DNA of 64,000 bases from Octopus vulgaris (lineage: Eukaryota): NCBI GenBank assembly GCA_951406725.2, contig OX597817.1, positions 52,638,001 to 52,702,000 of the forward strand, given 5' to 3'. Under the pieces are notes generated by a model that was not told where the DNA came from, made no database searches, and saw only the letters and a program-made list of their open reading frames with translations. Made by a program: the position numbers and the translations under genes. This document shows positions 1-11,906 of this stretch, piece by piece. Within the stretch, counting starts at the first letter, position 1. Each line of letters starts with the position of its first letter.

Positions 1-1
1 A

Positions 2-274
2 GCCTTCAACATTGACCATGACACTTGGGAGCAGTTTGCTCTAGACAGAGAAGGGTGGCGATCAGCTGTCCACAAGGGTGCCAACACATGTGAGACCAAT
101 AGGATCACTGCTGCAGAAGACCGCAGACAAGCCAGGAAGAACAGAGCTAACAACCCTGTAGCAGGTGCTACCATTTCCTGTCCAGACTGTCAAAGACTCT
201 TTCGGGCACAGATTGGCCTCACTAGCCATCTACAGACTCACAAAACAATACCACCCCCACCCCAGGATGACTAG
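2..274 (+). mobile_element. 3' end of RTE-clade LINE ORF with terminal C2H2 finger
   Basis: Frame 2 reads AFNIDHDTWEQFALDREGWRSAVHKG...CPDCQRLFRAQIGLTSHLQTH...*; W..A.DR..WR motif plus CxxC-x12-H-x3-H is typical of RTE C-termini. Confidence 0.85.
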
Positions 275-842
275 ATGGTCTTCGTTGCATCGATAGACAA
301 AACTACATATTTTCATCATTAAATATTATTATGAATGTTGTAAAAGAAATTGTTAAAATATTTTGTGTATTGGAAAAGTATAACCAATATATTTCAGATT
401 AATTTTAACAACAAAATCTTGTATGGAACCTCAAAGGCCATGTGGACCCTGGCTGAGAACCATTGCTCTATGTGGTGATCTGGCCTATTGTAAATAACCA
501 GGTTCCATTAAATTATATTCTACCATCCTAGAATGGGGCAGGAGACATGAATTAGGAAGACCCAAGTTCTAAGGGGAAAGAGGCTATTTTTGCAGAGATT
601 GAAAAGCAGAGAAAAAGAAAGAAAGCAAGCAGTAAATCTGTGGTCTAAAATATGCGTGCAACAACTGCAGTGTCCACATAAACGTGGAAATTATACCTGG
701 ACCCTCAACACTATACACTATCCGAAAAATAGCCCTGCTAAGCACAGCCCATATCCTATGCAAAACGCCATCAATTCAATAATACAACTCAAATAAAACA
801 ATCCACAAACACAAGACATTATTTATAGTAAATATCCAATAA

Positions 843-1078
843 AGGTGTAGGAGTGGCTGTGTGGTAAGTAGCTTGCTTACGAACCGCATGGTTCTGGGTT
901 CAGTGCCACTGCGGATTTTATATAATAGATATAATATATACGATGGACTTCTTTCAGTTTCTGTCTACCAAATCCACTCACAAGGCTTTGGTTGGCCCAA
1001 AGCAATAGTAGAAGAAACTTGCCCAAGGTACCATGCAGTGGGACCAAACCTGGAACCATGTGGTTGGTAAGCAAGCTA
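843..1078. mobile_element. Two convergent fragments of tRNA-derived SINE family A
   Basis: Head GGAGTGGCTGTGTGGTAAGTAGCTTGC...GGGTTCAGT at 843-913 (+) and antisense body at 948-1078; same family as 50657-51053 and 57284-57667. Confidence 0.85.
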
Positions 1079-1084
1079 TCCATG

Positions 1085-1400
1085 CTTTGGCAAATCTGAG
1101 TGTGAAAAAATGTTTTCAAAAGCCATAGGCAGTGTATAACAGCGACAGACACATAAATGGGAACAGTACACCATTGTGGGAGGAAGGTGTATGTCTGTAT
1201 AATGGAGATACTGTCCCAGATATGGGAGTCATATTCCACTGTGAGTTTCACCAGAGCTTTGTAGAGGGTTAGCCACAATTAGGTTCAGTATAATTTCTGG
1301 ATTCAAAGACAAAAGCCAGACTTTGCGATGCAGGTTTTGCCATGTGCTATGCTGACAATGTGAGATTACCCAGAGAGATTAAAAATGATGGTAAAGGCAT
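1085..1400 (-). mobile_element. Decayed CR1/L2-group LINE RT C-terminal fragment
   Basis: LYKALVKLTVEYDSHIWD resembles the LYKxLVRPHLEYxxxVWxP motif. Confidence 0.6.
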
Positions 1401-1914
1401 GAATATCACAACATTTTATCTCTTACTCACACGAAAAGAAATTTATAATAAAAATTTATACTTTGTTAAGAGAAACTAAAACTGTGTGACTAAAGTTTAA
1501 TGAAGGTGCAAGGTTAAATTTTTGTCATATTTTAAACAGCTGACAAATTAACTTGAATACATAGAGATATGAAAATATAGCTTACTTTTGTATATGGGTC
1601 AGTGTTAGTTTAGATAAATGAATAAAATATATTTTTAGGTAATAAAATAAATGAATAAATTAATTCAATTTATTCATCTACAAACATATCAGTATATATT
1701 GAATGTATAAGCAGCCTGTGAATGGCGTCAGAAAAGATAAACAGTACATACATATATATATATGGCAAGGGTTGTTTTAACATAGTTTATATAGTGCAAG
1801 GCACTTTCATTAATTAAAATTACACTAGTAACGAGGAAAAGGAATTATTAATTTATTGATCACATTGTATGTGTAAGTATGAAAATGCATGTATGTCTAT
1901 GTATGAATGCATGT

Positions 1915-2045
1915 ATGTATCAGAGTGACCCACTCTTGGATGGATGTTGTGACAATAGGTAGGGGGTCCTTCACTCCCAGTGGTTTTACTACATGCCCTG
2001 ACACTAGCCAAGGTTACTTCTGCATCCCCGTGCTCAGATGGATTG
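1915..2045 (-). repeat. Unclassified dispersed repeat, homologous to 5830-5946 (+)
   Basis: Shared CATCTGAGYACRGGGATGCAGAA...AAAACCAYTGGG.GTGA...GTCACAACATCC in opposite orientations. Confidence 0.7.
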
Positions 2046-2221
2046 TCCTCATACATACTAAAGTATGGCAGAGAGACAAGCACAGGGGTCTTGCTATAGA
2101 AGCGATACATAGCCACCCTGCATTGTATAATTGTGGGAGTAGCTAGAAGGAAGACAAAGGTGGTGGTAATGATGTGTCAGAAAGAACTTTCAAGGTACAA
2201 GAAATATATATAGGATCAATG

Positions 2222-2324
2222 GGTGTGGCCCATCGATACTTTCTGAACAGTGGCGAGCTATGCGTCCGCCGGGAGGTGTCAGAAAAGTTACCACAGTGAT
2301 AACTGGCTTGTGGTGGCCAAGCGT
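2222..2324 (+). pseudogene. Isolated 28S rRNA fragment (peptidyl-transferase region)
   Basis: 2272-2324 GGAGGTGTCAGAAAAGTTACCACAGtGATAACTGGCTTGTGGtGGCCAAGCGT matches the conserved eukaryotic LSU sequence as I recall it, with 2 substitutions (2297, 2314); upstream GTGGCCCATCGAT also fits. Confidence 0.9.
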
Positions 2325-2528
2325 GTCCCTTAATATTTGGTATTTACTATTTCATCTATTCAATAAGACAATCAATACTTCATTTCATTTTACTATATAT
2401 ATACTATTTATACTATATATTCTATATTCTACATTAATATTATAAAGAATATAAATAAAACATAAAAAACAGAGTGTTGGAATTCCTTTGAATAATATAT
2501 ATCCCTCTATACACAATCATACAAACCC

Positions 2529-2577
<49 letters not shown>

Positions 2578-3789
2578 CAGGCCTATTCCCCATGTTTTAG
2601 GTGTGGGTAGCCACAACAAGATACACACCAGGCATTCCATTCATTTCCCAGCTCAAAGGGGCGAGCCCTGTTCTATGCTTGGATCAAGGCATAGAACGCA
2701 AACCCCCCCCCCCCCCCCCGATATCAGCAGTAGGGACCAACAGCATATGCTAGTTTACCACCACCACATCATGCTGGTTCCATACCCCTTTGAGCAACAT
2801 CAAATTCACTCATCCACCCAGAAACACTCTCTAAGCTTTCCTATCATTTATAAACTCTCTTGCCTCTCTCACTCTAGCACCTCTAACCACCAAAGCTTTC
2901 CTCATTCCGTCCATTTGCACAAACTGAAGTACAAGAAATAAGGAAGGAATAAAAAGGAATAATGAAAGTATAAGGACAGCAGATGAGGAGTAAAGAGAGA
3001 GGGTGGGTCGCCTCACTAGAGTGTGAGAAAAGACTGACAAATGGTGAGAAACGGGGGGGGGGTGAAGAGGTGAATGTAGAGAATGGTGAAGAAGAGTGGA
3101 GATGTGGTTGAAGGATAATATCAGTAAGGGGAGGTGGGAGGAGGTGCAGGGGAAATAGGAATGGTTCAGGAGGGAGTAGTTAAGTGGAAATATAGGAAGT
3201 GTGAAAAGCAGCAGTATTAATAAACCTGTTGGTAGATCAGGAAATAGAGAAATGACATACAGGGAGGGTGAGATGAGAAGGGGAAAATGTACAGGGACAG
3301 AGATAGAGGTAAGAGGAACATAGGGGTGGCTGGAATGACTGGAGGTGGGGAACAGGGAGACAGGTGAACAAATGTGGTGGTGGTGGTGGCAGTTGTTGAG
3401 GGGCTGCTAAAAGTAGATATGAGAGGGTGTTGAGATTGATAGAAGATACAAGAGTGTTAAAGATGAGGCATGGTAGTCCTAACATGCCACTCGGAGGAAA
3501 GGGAAAGATAACTATAGGTAGAGAAAGGAGGTGATGGGTGGAAATAAATTAAGACCCAGATAATATTAAGAATGAAGGAAGGGATTTTTAAAGGAAGTGG
3601 TTCCAGTGGGAGGAGAGGAGGTGACAGAAAGAGGATGGAATGGGTTCAAATTTTGCTCTTATAATATTACAGTAGCTGAATAGTGCTGTAATTAATAGAG
3701 TGATGGAGGAATAGCTGTTCAGAAGATGAGAAATAGGGAAGACTTGACAGTGATAGATTTGGCCAAGTGAATTTTCAGGCCTAAACAAC

Positions 3790-4560
3790 GTTTTTAGAAC
3801 CTTTCATTCGTGTTAGGTTCAACATCTTGAGATCAGCCTTGAGATCAGTTCTTCATTCCACATCTTCTTGGGTCCCCCTGTTTCTTAAGTTCCAACCACT
3901 TTAAATGATTGACACTTCTGCATACAGCTGTATTCATACATATACATCACATCACCATACCAGCACAGTCTTCTCCTTGGCACAATACATCTGATTCATC
4001 TTAGGCCTATTTTTTTCTCTCTATACATTGGCACTTTGTTGTATATCCAATGAAGCAGACGAGATTCATTTCTTTCTAGCATTTCAGTACCCTCTGCATT
4101 CAGGGCCTGCATCTCACTACCATATAGCATTGTTGTTTGTGCACAATCATCAGATAATTTGCCTTTTGCTTGAAGAGAGAGAGAGAAAGAAAGGGAAAGA
4201 GAGGTAATATCTCTCTGAACTCTCTCCATTCTATGTTTATTCTAACAACTATATTTCCATAACATTTCATTCCACTGTTAATCGGGTCACTTAGATAACA
4301 AACTATTTACTCTCTGAAAGGAAATCTGCTGGCTATTCCAAAAAATCTATTTCCCGCGTTCTTAGAGTTAAATTTATCTGTTGCTTTGACGCATACAAAC
4401 TTTTCTTTTTCTCAACCTTTCCGTGATTCCGCTGCACCTCTTGTGTCCATAACTTGCATTGAGTACACCGCACGAAATTTCTATCTCCATCTTTCCCACA
4501 TATCGTGGGCCATTTTCCTGAACGGAGCTAAGTACTATTTGTTTCCCTGTTCACGAGAAC
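3790..4560 (-). mobile_element. Decayed RTE LINE 3' fragment
   Basis: TMLYGSEMQALNAEGTEMLERNESRLLHW and a GKW...CTQCKLWT-like segment match the ORF at 46418-47605. Confidence 0.75.
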
Positions 4561-4980
4561 TTCGATGCCCGATAGTAGGTGTTAAACCAAGGGAGATAAT
4601 TACAACTGTAGTTATCTCCCTTCATACACAGAAAAAAAATTTTTGCATTGACCATAAAAGAATTTTGTCTACGTTCCAAGTTCAAATCTTATCCTGGTCG
4701 ACTTTGAATATCAACCTAGTGGATTGGATAACATATTTTGTAGCAGAAATAAGTCGAAGTTGATTTAGCCAGCCCACCATATCAGCTACTTGTTGTAAGA
4801 AGAACGCAGGGCCCATGATATTTGCTGGAAAGTAAAACAAGGGATTACAAAATAACGAACATGAAACGGTACTCATACACTTTCGCACCACAAGGAAACT
4901 CACCCTGTCGTCTATGTTCAATAAAGTGTATTGTATATTAAAATCACTGCCTACATTCCTGCGAGTGAAAATACGTAGTA
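4345..4980. promoter_or_regulatory. CpG-enriched island, possible promoter/first exons (minus strand)
   Basis: Roughly 20 CpG in about 630 bp against CpG-poor flanks; minus-strand donor AGG|GTGAGT at 4903, acceptor TTTTACTTTCCAG at 4825, ATG at 4816. Confidence 0.35.
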
Positions 4981-5068
4981 TTAATATTTGCACTGTAAAA
5001 GTGTGAGGTAGGACAATTTTGTGTGTATAAGTGTATGAATGTAGCTACCCACTTCTCTCTATCTCTAG

Positions 5069-5690
5069 ATACATGCATGCATGCATACATACATGCATGC
5101 AGGCATACATACATACATACATACATACATACATACATACATACATACATACATACATACATACATACATACATACATACATACATACATACATGCATAC
5201 ATACATACGTACATACATATATACATGCATACACATATACATAAATACATACATGCATGTATGCATGCAGACATACATACATACATACATACATACATAC
5301 ATACACATACATACATACATACATACATACGTACATACATATATACATGCATACATACATACATACGTACATACATATATACATGCATACACATATACAT
5401 AAATACATACATGCATGTATGCATGCATACATGCATATGTATATTCATACACACATATAAATATACATACATACATACACACATACATACATACAGGCAT
5501 ACGTACATTCATTCATACATACACACATACATGTATACGTACATTCATACACACATACAAATATACATACATACACACATACATACATGCATACATACAT
5601 ACATACATACACACATACATACATACATACATACATACATGCACACATATATACATACATATATACATACATATATACATATACATGTGT
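5069..5690. repeat. Compound (TACA)n microsatellite with higher-order duplication
   Basis: Long CATA tracts; an interrupted ~70-bp unit recurs near 5200 and 5360. Confidence 0.95.
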
Positions 5691-6277
5691 ATGACTTTAA
5701 TCTGACCCGGTAGTGGGGTTCACGCTCAAGAGCTCCATGTTTCGAGGAGTATGAAAACCCCTCTTAGCCACTTACTGTTCTGATCCAGAATACTAGCACC
5801 AATCAGAGTCCCAACTATGAGTTAACAAGCATCTGAGTACAGGGATGCAGAAATACCCTTATTTGGTGTCATAGCATACAGAAAAACCATTGGGTGTGAC
5901 AGAACCCTTGCTGCCGTCACAACATCCTTCTAATAAAGGGACACTTAGCTTACTTTCAAAACCAGTAGAAGTGCATATGCATATTTGGTCGATTTCATGA
6001 TCACCATTAAAATACAATCTGCAAGCTGCTGGCTTCATGCACGTGGAATTTTTTTCAGTCAAATTGGGATAGATGCCACATAGACAGATATATTCAAGTT
6101 GTTATTACCCTCAATTATTCAAAAGTCATCTTGTTGCATATATATCTGATTTTGAAAGTAAGCTCTTCATGTAAAACCTGTGGTTTCACATGAGTATTGG
6201 TCATCTCACATTGGTCTGTCATTAAGTACAAACACAGAGATTGGGAGAGCAGTACTTGTGCTGTAGAAGAGTTTATG

Positions 6278-6545
6278 GATCTTTTCACTTTGAGCGGCAG
6301 ATTTAAAAAATAATTTCTTTGTAACTAAACACTTTTAAACTTCGTATACTGGTTTAATGTGTTTAATAAAACATCTTTTTCTCTTGGCTTTCTTGAGAAA
6401 ATTCTGTAGTTTGTAAGCTATTTGTCAAATTTCTTGCATTTCGGCAATTTGTTTTACGTAACACATTCTACCAGTATACAGAAGTTTAAAAGTGTTTAGT
6501 TACAAAGAAATTATTTTTTAAATCTGCCGGTCAAAGTGAAAAGAA
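6278..6545. mobile_element. Palindromic MITE
   Basis: ~80-bp arms TCTTTTCACTTTGAGCGGCAGATTTAAAAAATAATTTC... / ...GAAATTATTTTTTAAATCTGCCGGTCAAAGTGAAAAGA. Confidence 0.8.
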
Positions 6546-6669
6546 ACGAGTTTATCGCTGTAATGTCTCTTTTAAGGTGACCCCATCTGTCATTCCAACT
6601 ACAGAAAGTCCTATAGTGATGGAAGAATGGCAACGTATACAGACCAAACTAGTTGAAATGGCAGAGTAA

Positions 6670-6786
6670 TTAATCTCATTATTTACATTTGACAGATATT
6701 TGTTCTCATCTTGTTTGTTGTTAACACAAATATCCGCCAAATGTAAATAATGTACGTAATTCCTCATCTCTTGAATATAGAACTGT
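6670..6786. mobile_element. Truncated head-to-head copy of hammerhead family 1 (Penelope-like)
   Basis: Inverted 3' parts of the element at 20244-20802; flanked by ATGGCAGAGTAA (6658-6669) and ATGGCAGAATAA (6787-6798). Confidence 0.75.
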
Positions 6787-6887
6787 ATGGCAGAATAAGT
6801 TGTAACTTTCATCTGTCACTTATGCTTCAAGCCATGCATATCTGCTGAGGGATTCCCTCTATTTCAATACATACAAATCTGCACCCA

Positions 6888-7040
6888 CATGTATGTATGT
6901 ATGTATGTATGTATGTATGTATGTATGTATGTATGTATGTATGTATGTATGTATGTATGTATGTATGTATGTATGTATGTATGTATGTATGTATGTATGT
7001 ATGTATGTATGTATGTATGTATGTATGTATGTATGCATGC
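6888..7040. repeat. (ATGT)n microsatellite
   Basis: Near-perfect tetranucleotide run. Confidence 0.98.
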
Positions 7041-7552
7041 ATATACACATACAGAGAGAGAGAGAGAGAAAGAAGGGAGACATAATAGTAAGTCTGTTGA
7101 CCTATGATCAAAAACGTTCCAGTTATGCCCTACCACTTCTTATTTAAAACTGCATTATCCAATGACTCCCTCTTAAGATGTGGCCCAAGGAAAATGTGAC
7201 ATCCGGCAACAGCCAAAGACACACGTATGCGCACACATGAGCAGGCATAAAGGTTCTTTCTCTTTCTCTCACATACACACACACGTGTATGTGTATATTT
7301 TCATCATTGTACATCACCCAGAAATTTGACATGCCAGTGTTATTTGAAGTAAGCCGTTTATAATGAATGTTCAGGATTGAGTTAGAGACACTCCCTTGTC
7401 ACTTGCATTGTCAAACATAAAGTAAAGCAGTGACTAAGAAAGATCTGACGAACAACAGTATTGTCAATGAATTGAAAATACAAAATAAATTGTATAAATA
7501 TAAGCACAGGAGACAATTCTTGACATGTGTCTATATTATATCAACTGTGAAG

Positions 7553-7602
<50 letters not shown>

Positions 7603-7610
7603 TAGATAGA

Positions 7611-8100
7611 TAGTGAAACTATTAAAATTGAAACAATCTAAAAAGGGCTATAGATGATATGAACCTGAATTCAGCTACTGGTCCTGATGGTTTCCCAGTA
7701 ATCCTTCTAAAAGCATGGAAGTGAGTCCTAGCAAGACCACTGCGGTTCCTCTTTCAGAGCTTCCTCGCAAATGGCAAACTTCCAAGCAAGCTGGAGGAGG
7801 GTAAAATATGTCCTATTCAAAGAAGAGGTAGCAGAGGCCAAAAACTACAGACCTATCTCTCTGACCTCGCACATAAGCAAGGTCATGGAACGAATAGTCA
7901 GAAGAAAACTAATCACCTTCCTTGAGGAAAACGACTTGCTGACTGACACCCAACATGGTTTCTGATTATGAAGAAGCTGCCTAGGACTCACTTACATGCT
8001 TTTAGAAGGATTGCTGGGAATCCATCAGGACCAGTAGCTGAGTTCGGGTTCATTTCATTTATAGCCCTTATTGCATTGTTTCACTTTTAAGTTTCACTAT
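7611..8100 (+). mobile_element. CR1/L2-group LINE RT fragment with an inverted duplicate of its first ~120 bp
   Basis: SATGPDGFP..., KNYRPISLTSHISKVMERIV...QHGF; 7981-8100 is the reverse complement of 7611-7731. Confidence 0.85.
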
Positions 8101-8301
8101 ACATATATCTATCGCTATCTATCTATCTATCTATCTCTCTATCTATATATGTATGTATATATGTATATATATATGTGTGTGTGTGTGTGTATGTGTATAT
8201 ATATGTATGTTTACATGTGTATAAGGCAAACTGGAAACAAATTGAGAAAGAGATCCTGAAACAAAACTGGCCTAAATGTCTCTCCTCACCGGACATCGAC
8301 A

Positions 8302-8302
8302 T

Positions 8303-8341
<39 letters not shown>

Positions 8342-8675
8342 TCACTGCCTGGAATTGAACTTGGAATCTTGGGGTTAGTAGCTCGCGTTCTTAACCACTA
8401 TGCCCACAGGTATATGGTGTAGTTGTTAAGAGTGTGGGCTACTAACTCCAAAATTCTGAATTAGATTCCAGGCAGTGACCTGAATAATGATGATGATGAT
8501 GATAAAAATAATAATAATAATAACATCAAAAAATACCTTAGGAATGAGAACTCAAGTTTGAAATTTCCCCAAGACACCTGATGAAGGCTGGAGGGTATAT
8601 CAGTAGAAATGTTGTGTTAACAACAAACAAGATGAGGACAAATATCCGTTAATTGTCAATAATGTAATAATGTAA
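8302..8675. mobile_element. tRNA-headed hammerhead element (family 1), head-to-head pair
   Basis: Inverted tRNA-like heads 8337-8405 (-) and 8408-8482 (+), (AAT)n linker, hammerhead at 8573-8618. Confidence 0.8.
8573..8618 (+). ncRNA. Minimal type-I hammerhead ribozyme, family 1 (partly decayed)
   Basis: GACAC-CTGATGA-aGGCTG..CAGta-GAAAt-GTT-GTGTT. Confidence 0.65.
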
Positions 8676-8892
8676 ATTTTATATTATGAATTTTATATTT
8701 ATAGACATAAGTTACTTAAGAACATAATTTTTGTAAATTTTAATTTTTATTCGTATTTTCTCATCTTTATTTTTTATTCTACTTTTGAATTTTTTATTTG
8801 AATTAAATTATGGCGAACCTATTTTACACATACTTATTTGTTTAAATTAAAATATATTTTATAGTATCAAACTATGAGAAAGTGATATTAGG

Positions 8893-8987
8893 GGCCTGAT
8901 GATTGGGGTTATATTTTAAGAATGGTTCCAGCTAAACACGGCGAGGTTGAGGAACCGGGAAATGTACCTCATGAAACACGTGTAGCC
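8893..8987 (+). ncRNA. Type-I hammerhead ribozyme with long helix II (family 2)
   Basis: GGC-CTGATGA-[TGGGGTTATATTT...GGTTCC..GGAACC...AAATGTACCTCA]-GAAACACGTGTA-GCC; palindromic helix III ACACGTGT, GUA triplet at 8982-8984. Confidence 0.8.
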
Positions 8988-9159
8988 AAGTTATAAAGTA
9001 GTAAGTATTTAAATTAAAATTCTTTTATATGGTAAGATGAAGGGGCCTACAGTTTCTAAATGATAAAATATATATTTCCTCATTGAGAATAATTTGAACC
9101 CCTGTTATGCCGGAATTTTTATTCCCTAACAAATAAAATTATATATATATATTTTTTGA

Positions 9160-9370
9160 TTTCAAATTTTGGCATGAGGCCAGCAAATTCAGGGGATGGG
9201 GTAAGTCAATTACATTGACACCAGGGCTCAACTGGTACTTATGTTATTGATAAAAGGATAAAAGGCAAAGTCAACCATAGCAGAATTTGAACACAGAACA
9301 TAGAGATGTACAAAATATCACTCAGCACTTTGACAAGTGCTCCAATGATTCTGCCATCCCACCACCTTAT
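9160..9370 (-). mobile_element. SINE family C (decayed)
   Basis: Antisense of the GACTTTGCCTTT.ATCCTTT...AAGTACCAGTT core. Confidence 0.75.
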
Positions 9371-9431
9371 ACCATTGAATATATCAACATCAAGTAATCA
9401 AAAATTGTGAATGATGGCAGTAGTTCATATA

Positions 9432-9651
9432 CAGGGTAGCCCAAAAGTAGGTTTACAGTTATTCAATTATCTCTTTCACATTCAAAAATTAATAGTTTAG
9501 ACCTTAATTATAAAAAAAAAAAAAAAAATGAAACCATTATTCTATGCTAATTTAGTTAGTTGTAATATAGAAATTTGAATGGAATTAGATGTTTTAAAAA
9601 AAATTTAAGGTGCCTACATGACAACTGTAAACCTACTTTTGGGTTGCCCTG
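9432..9651. mobile_element. Tc1/mariner-type MITE
   Basis: TIRs CAGGGTAGCCCAAAAGTAGGTTTACAGTT / AACTGTAAACCTACTTTTGGGTTGCCCTG with TA on both sides. Confidence 0.9.
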
Positions 9652-9735
9652 TATGTTCATATATATGTGTATGTGTATATATGTGTTTGTATATGTGTGT
9701 GCATGCATGCACACATACATACATATACATACACA

Positions 9736-9872
9736 CAGAGTGTTCAAAAAGTCTCTCCGCAGTGAATTTTTAAAGTCTTGTAAAGTCTAATAAATTCTTT
9801 TGTAGCCTTTTACCATCTTATAAATATTTATTTTGCAATAAAATACTGCGGAGAGACTTTTTGAACACTCTC
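9736..9872. mobile_element. Tc1/mariner-type MITE
   Basis: TIRs AGAGTGTTCAAAAAGTCTCTCCGCAGT / ACTGCGGAGAGACTTTTTGAACACTCT. Confidence 0.85.
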
Positions 9873-10272
9873 TATATATAATTTTTTCTCTTCTTTTTTT
9901 TCTTCTCAGTTCTGTTCTTTACATCCATTTGAGGTTTCTCCCAGGCATTAATCCATCATTTTCGTGTTTGGTCCCATGGCTATAATTATTTATTGTCTTT
10001 GTCTATCGTTTCAAATTACCATGGTTTACTCTGTATTAATTTGTTTGTTCAAGTCCTAATTCTCCGCAAATCTTGCAGGTGCCACCAATATACGAAGTTC
10101 CTAGTCTTATCATTAAAGGCATGAAACTAGGTATTTTCGGTTGATAACTGATGAAGGATTAGGGCCCTGGTGTCTGTCCTATCTGTACATTTTGTAGTAT
10201 TAAATGTATTTTTCATTTATGGAATAACTGAACGTCATGCATCCCAACTTTTGTTAACAGTAAGTTAGTATA

Positions 10273-10332
<60 letters not shown>

Positions 10333-10394
10333 CCATGATTGATCACAGAATCCACAAGTTTTTTTTTTCTTTCTTTGTTTATTTCCTCATGTTC

Positions 10395-10430
10395 CTTTCT
10401 ATTGAAGAGCGTAGGCTTGAAACATAAAAG
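10395..10430 (+). ncRNA. Decayed variant hammerhead (family 3)
   Basis: CTTT-CTATTGA-a-GAGCgtagGCTT-GAAACATA-AAAG; homologous to 19110 and 22412. Confidence 0.5.
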
Positions 10431-10438
10431 ACTTTTTC

Positions 10439-10498
<60 letters not shown>

Positions 10499-10691
10499 CC
10501 TGGCTGGACGCCCAACATTTTGAGTTCTTTTACAGGGATTACAAAAACTGAAGGGCCACTGCAATAAGTGTGTGAAACAAAGAGGAGAAAATATCGGACA
10601 AAATCATAATTAACTGAGCCTCCTTCTTTTACCCAAAGCTAAGAACTTTTCAGCACCCTATCTTGTATGAATGTATGTATCTATATATGTA

Positions 10692-10764
<73 letters not shown>

Positions 10765-10946
10765 AGAGAGTTAGAGGTCGTGAATCCAACCAACTAAGGG
10801 ATAGTGGGATAGTATCTATCCAATACACTGCTGATAGAATACCCAATTATTAATACACAAGTGTTAGTTATTGCATGGCAACTACACTACTGAGTGTAAT
10901 AAATGGGCGAGTGTAACTAGTGGTTTTACCCTTAATTTATACAGCA

Positions 10947-11866
10947 AGAAGAAAATGGAGGGGATTAAGAGGTAGTATTCATCATCTTTTAGACATTATA
11001 TTATTTCTATTTATTTCTTTTGAACAATTCTGAGAATATATATACATGTATATATATATGTGTATATATGTGTGTGTGGAGGCGCAATGGCCCAGTGGTT
11101 AGGGCAGTGGACTCATGGTTGTAGGATCGCAGTTTCGATTCCCAGAACAGTGAGTGTTTATTGAGTGAAAACACCTAAAGCTCCACGAGGCTCCGGCAGG
11201 GGGTTGTGGCGATCCCGGCTGTACTCTTTCACCACAACTTTCTCTCACTCTTTCTTCTGTTGGCCTGCTCGCTTAGCCAGCAGGGTGGCATTATTTGAAG
11301 GCTAATGTGTAGCAACATCTGAAAGCCTGGTCGGTCACAGTGATCACGGTGATATATATATATACACATGTATACAAAATTAAGAGGAATGACCACTAAA
11401 GTGGACACCCTATATGCTAAACATAGAGGTTAAATTGCCATTACCACGAAGAATGTGTTTTCAAGAAAAAAATCTCAGCAAAATGCCAAAATGTAAAAAT
11501 GAGCATAGTTTTATTTTGTATGTTTTCATTAGTCTTGCTCGTTTTTACATTTTGGTGTTTTGCTGAGATTTTTTTCTTGAGAACACATCCTTCATGGTAA
11601 TGGTGATTCGACATCTATGTTTAGCATATAGGGTGTCCACTTTAGTGGTCATTCCTCTTAATTTTGTATGTAACACAATTTTAAATCTTCGGATTTTTAA
11701 ATATGCTTAGCCACTGGTTTTAATTGATTAACATCAATTTCTACCCTTATTATTTAATTTTATATACATGTATATATATTCTCAGAATTGTTCAAAATAA
11801 ATAAATAGACATAATATAATGTCTAAAAGTTGATGAATACCACCTATTGATCCCCTCCATTTTCTT
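10947..11866. repeat. Nested inverted repeats
   Basis: Outer arms ~10947-11055 / 11760-11866; inner fold-back 11372-11668 (same family as 60535-61130). Confidence 0.85.
11078..11353 (+). mobile_element. tRNA-derived SINE family B
   Basis: GGAGGCGCAATGGCCCAGTGGTTAGGGC (A box)...GTTTCGATTCCC (B box); other copies at 45696, 52086, 56063. Confidence 0.9.
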
Positions 11867-11868
11867 AT

Positions 11869-11906
<38 letters not shown>

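Noticed and set aside
2940-3780. Strongly purine-rich segment (pyrimidine-rich counterpart at 16680-17700)
   Set aside because: Probably an old retroelement, but no motif could be recognised
5859-6062. Cys-rich 67-aa ORF as a small protein
   Set aside because: Runs through a dispersed repeat (homologue at 1915-2045) and a 19-bp inverted repeat (5947-5965 / 6146-6164)
4944-7147. Long ORFs of MYVC/HTYI repeats (also 24477-28250 and many others)
   Set aside because: Translations of TACA/TA/TG microsatellites
10148-10240. CTGATGA as a hammerhead core
   Set aside because: No properly placed GAAA or closing helices
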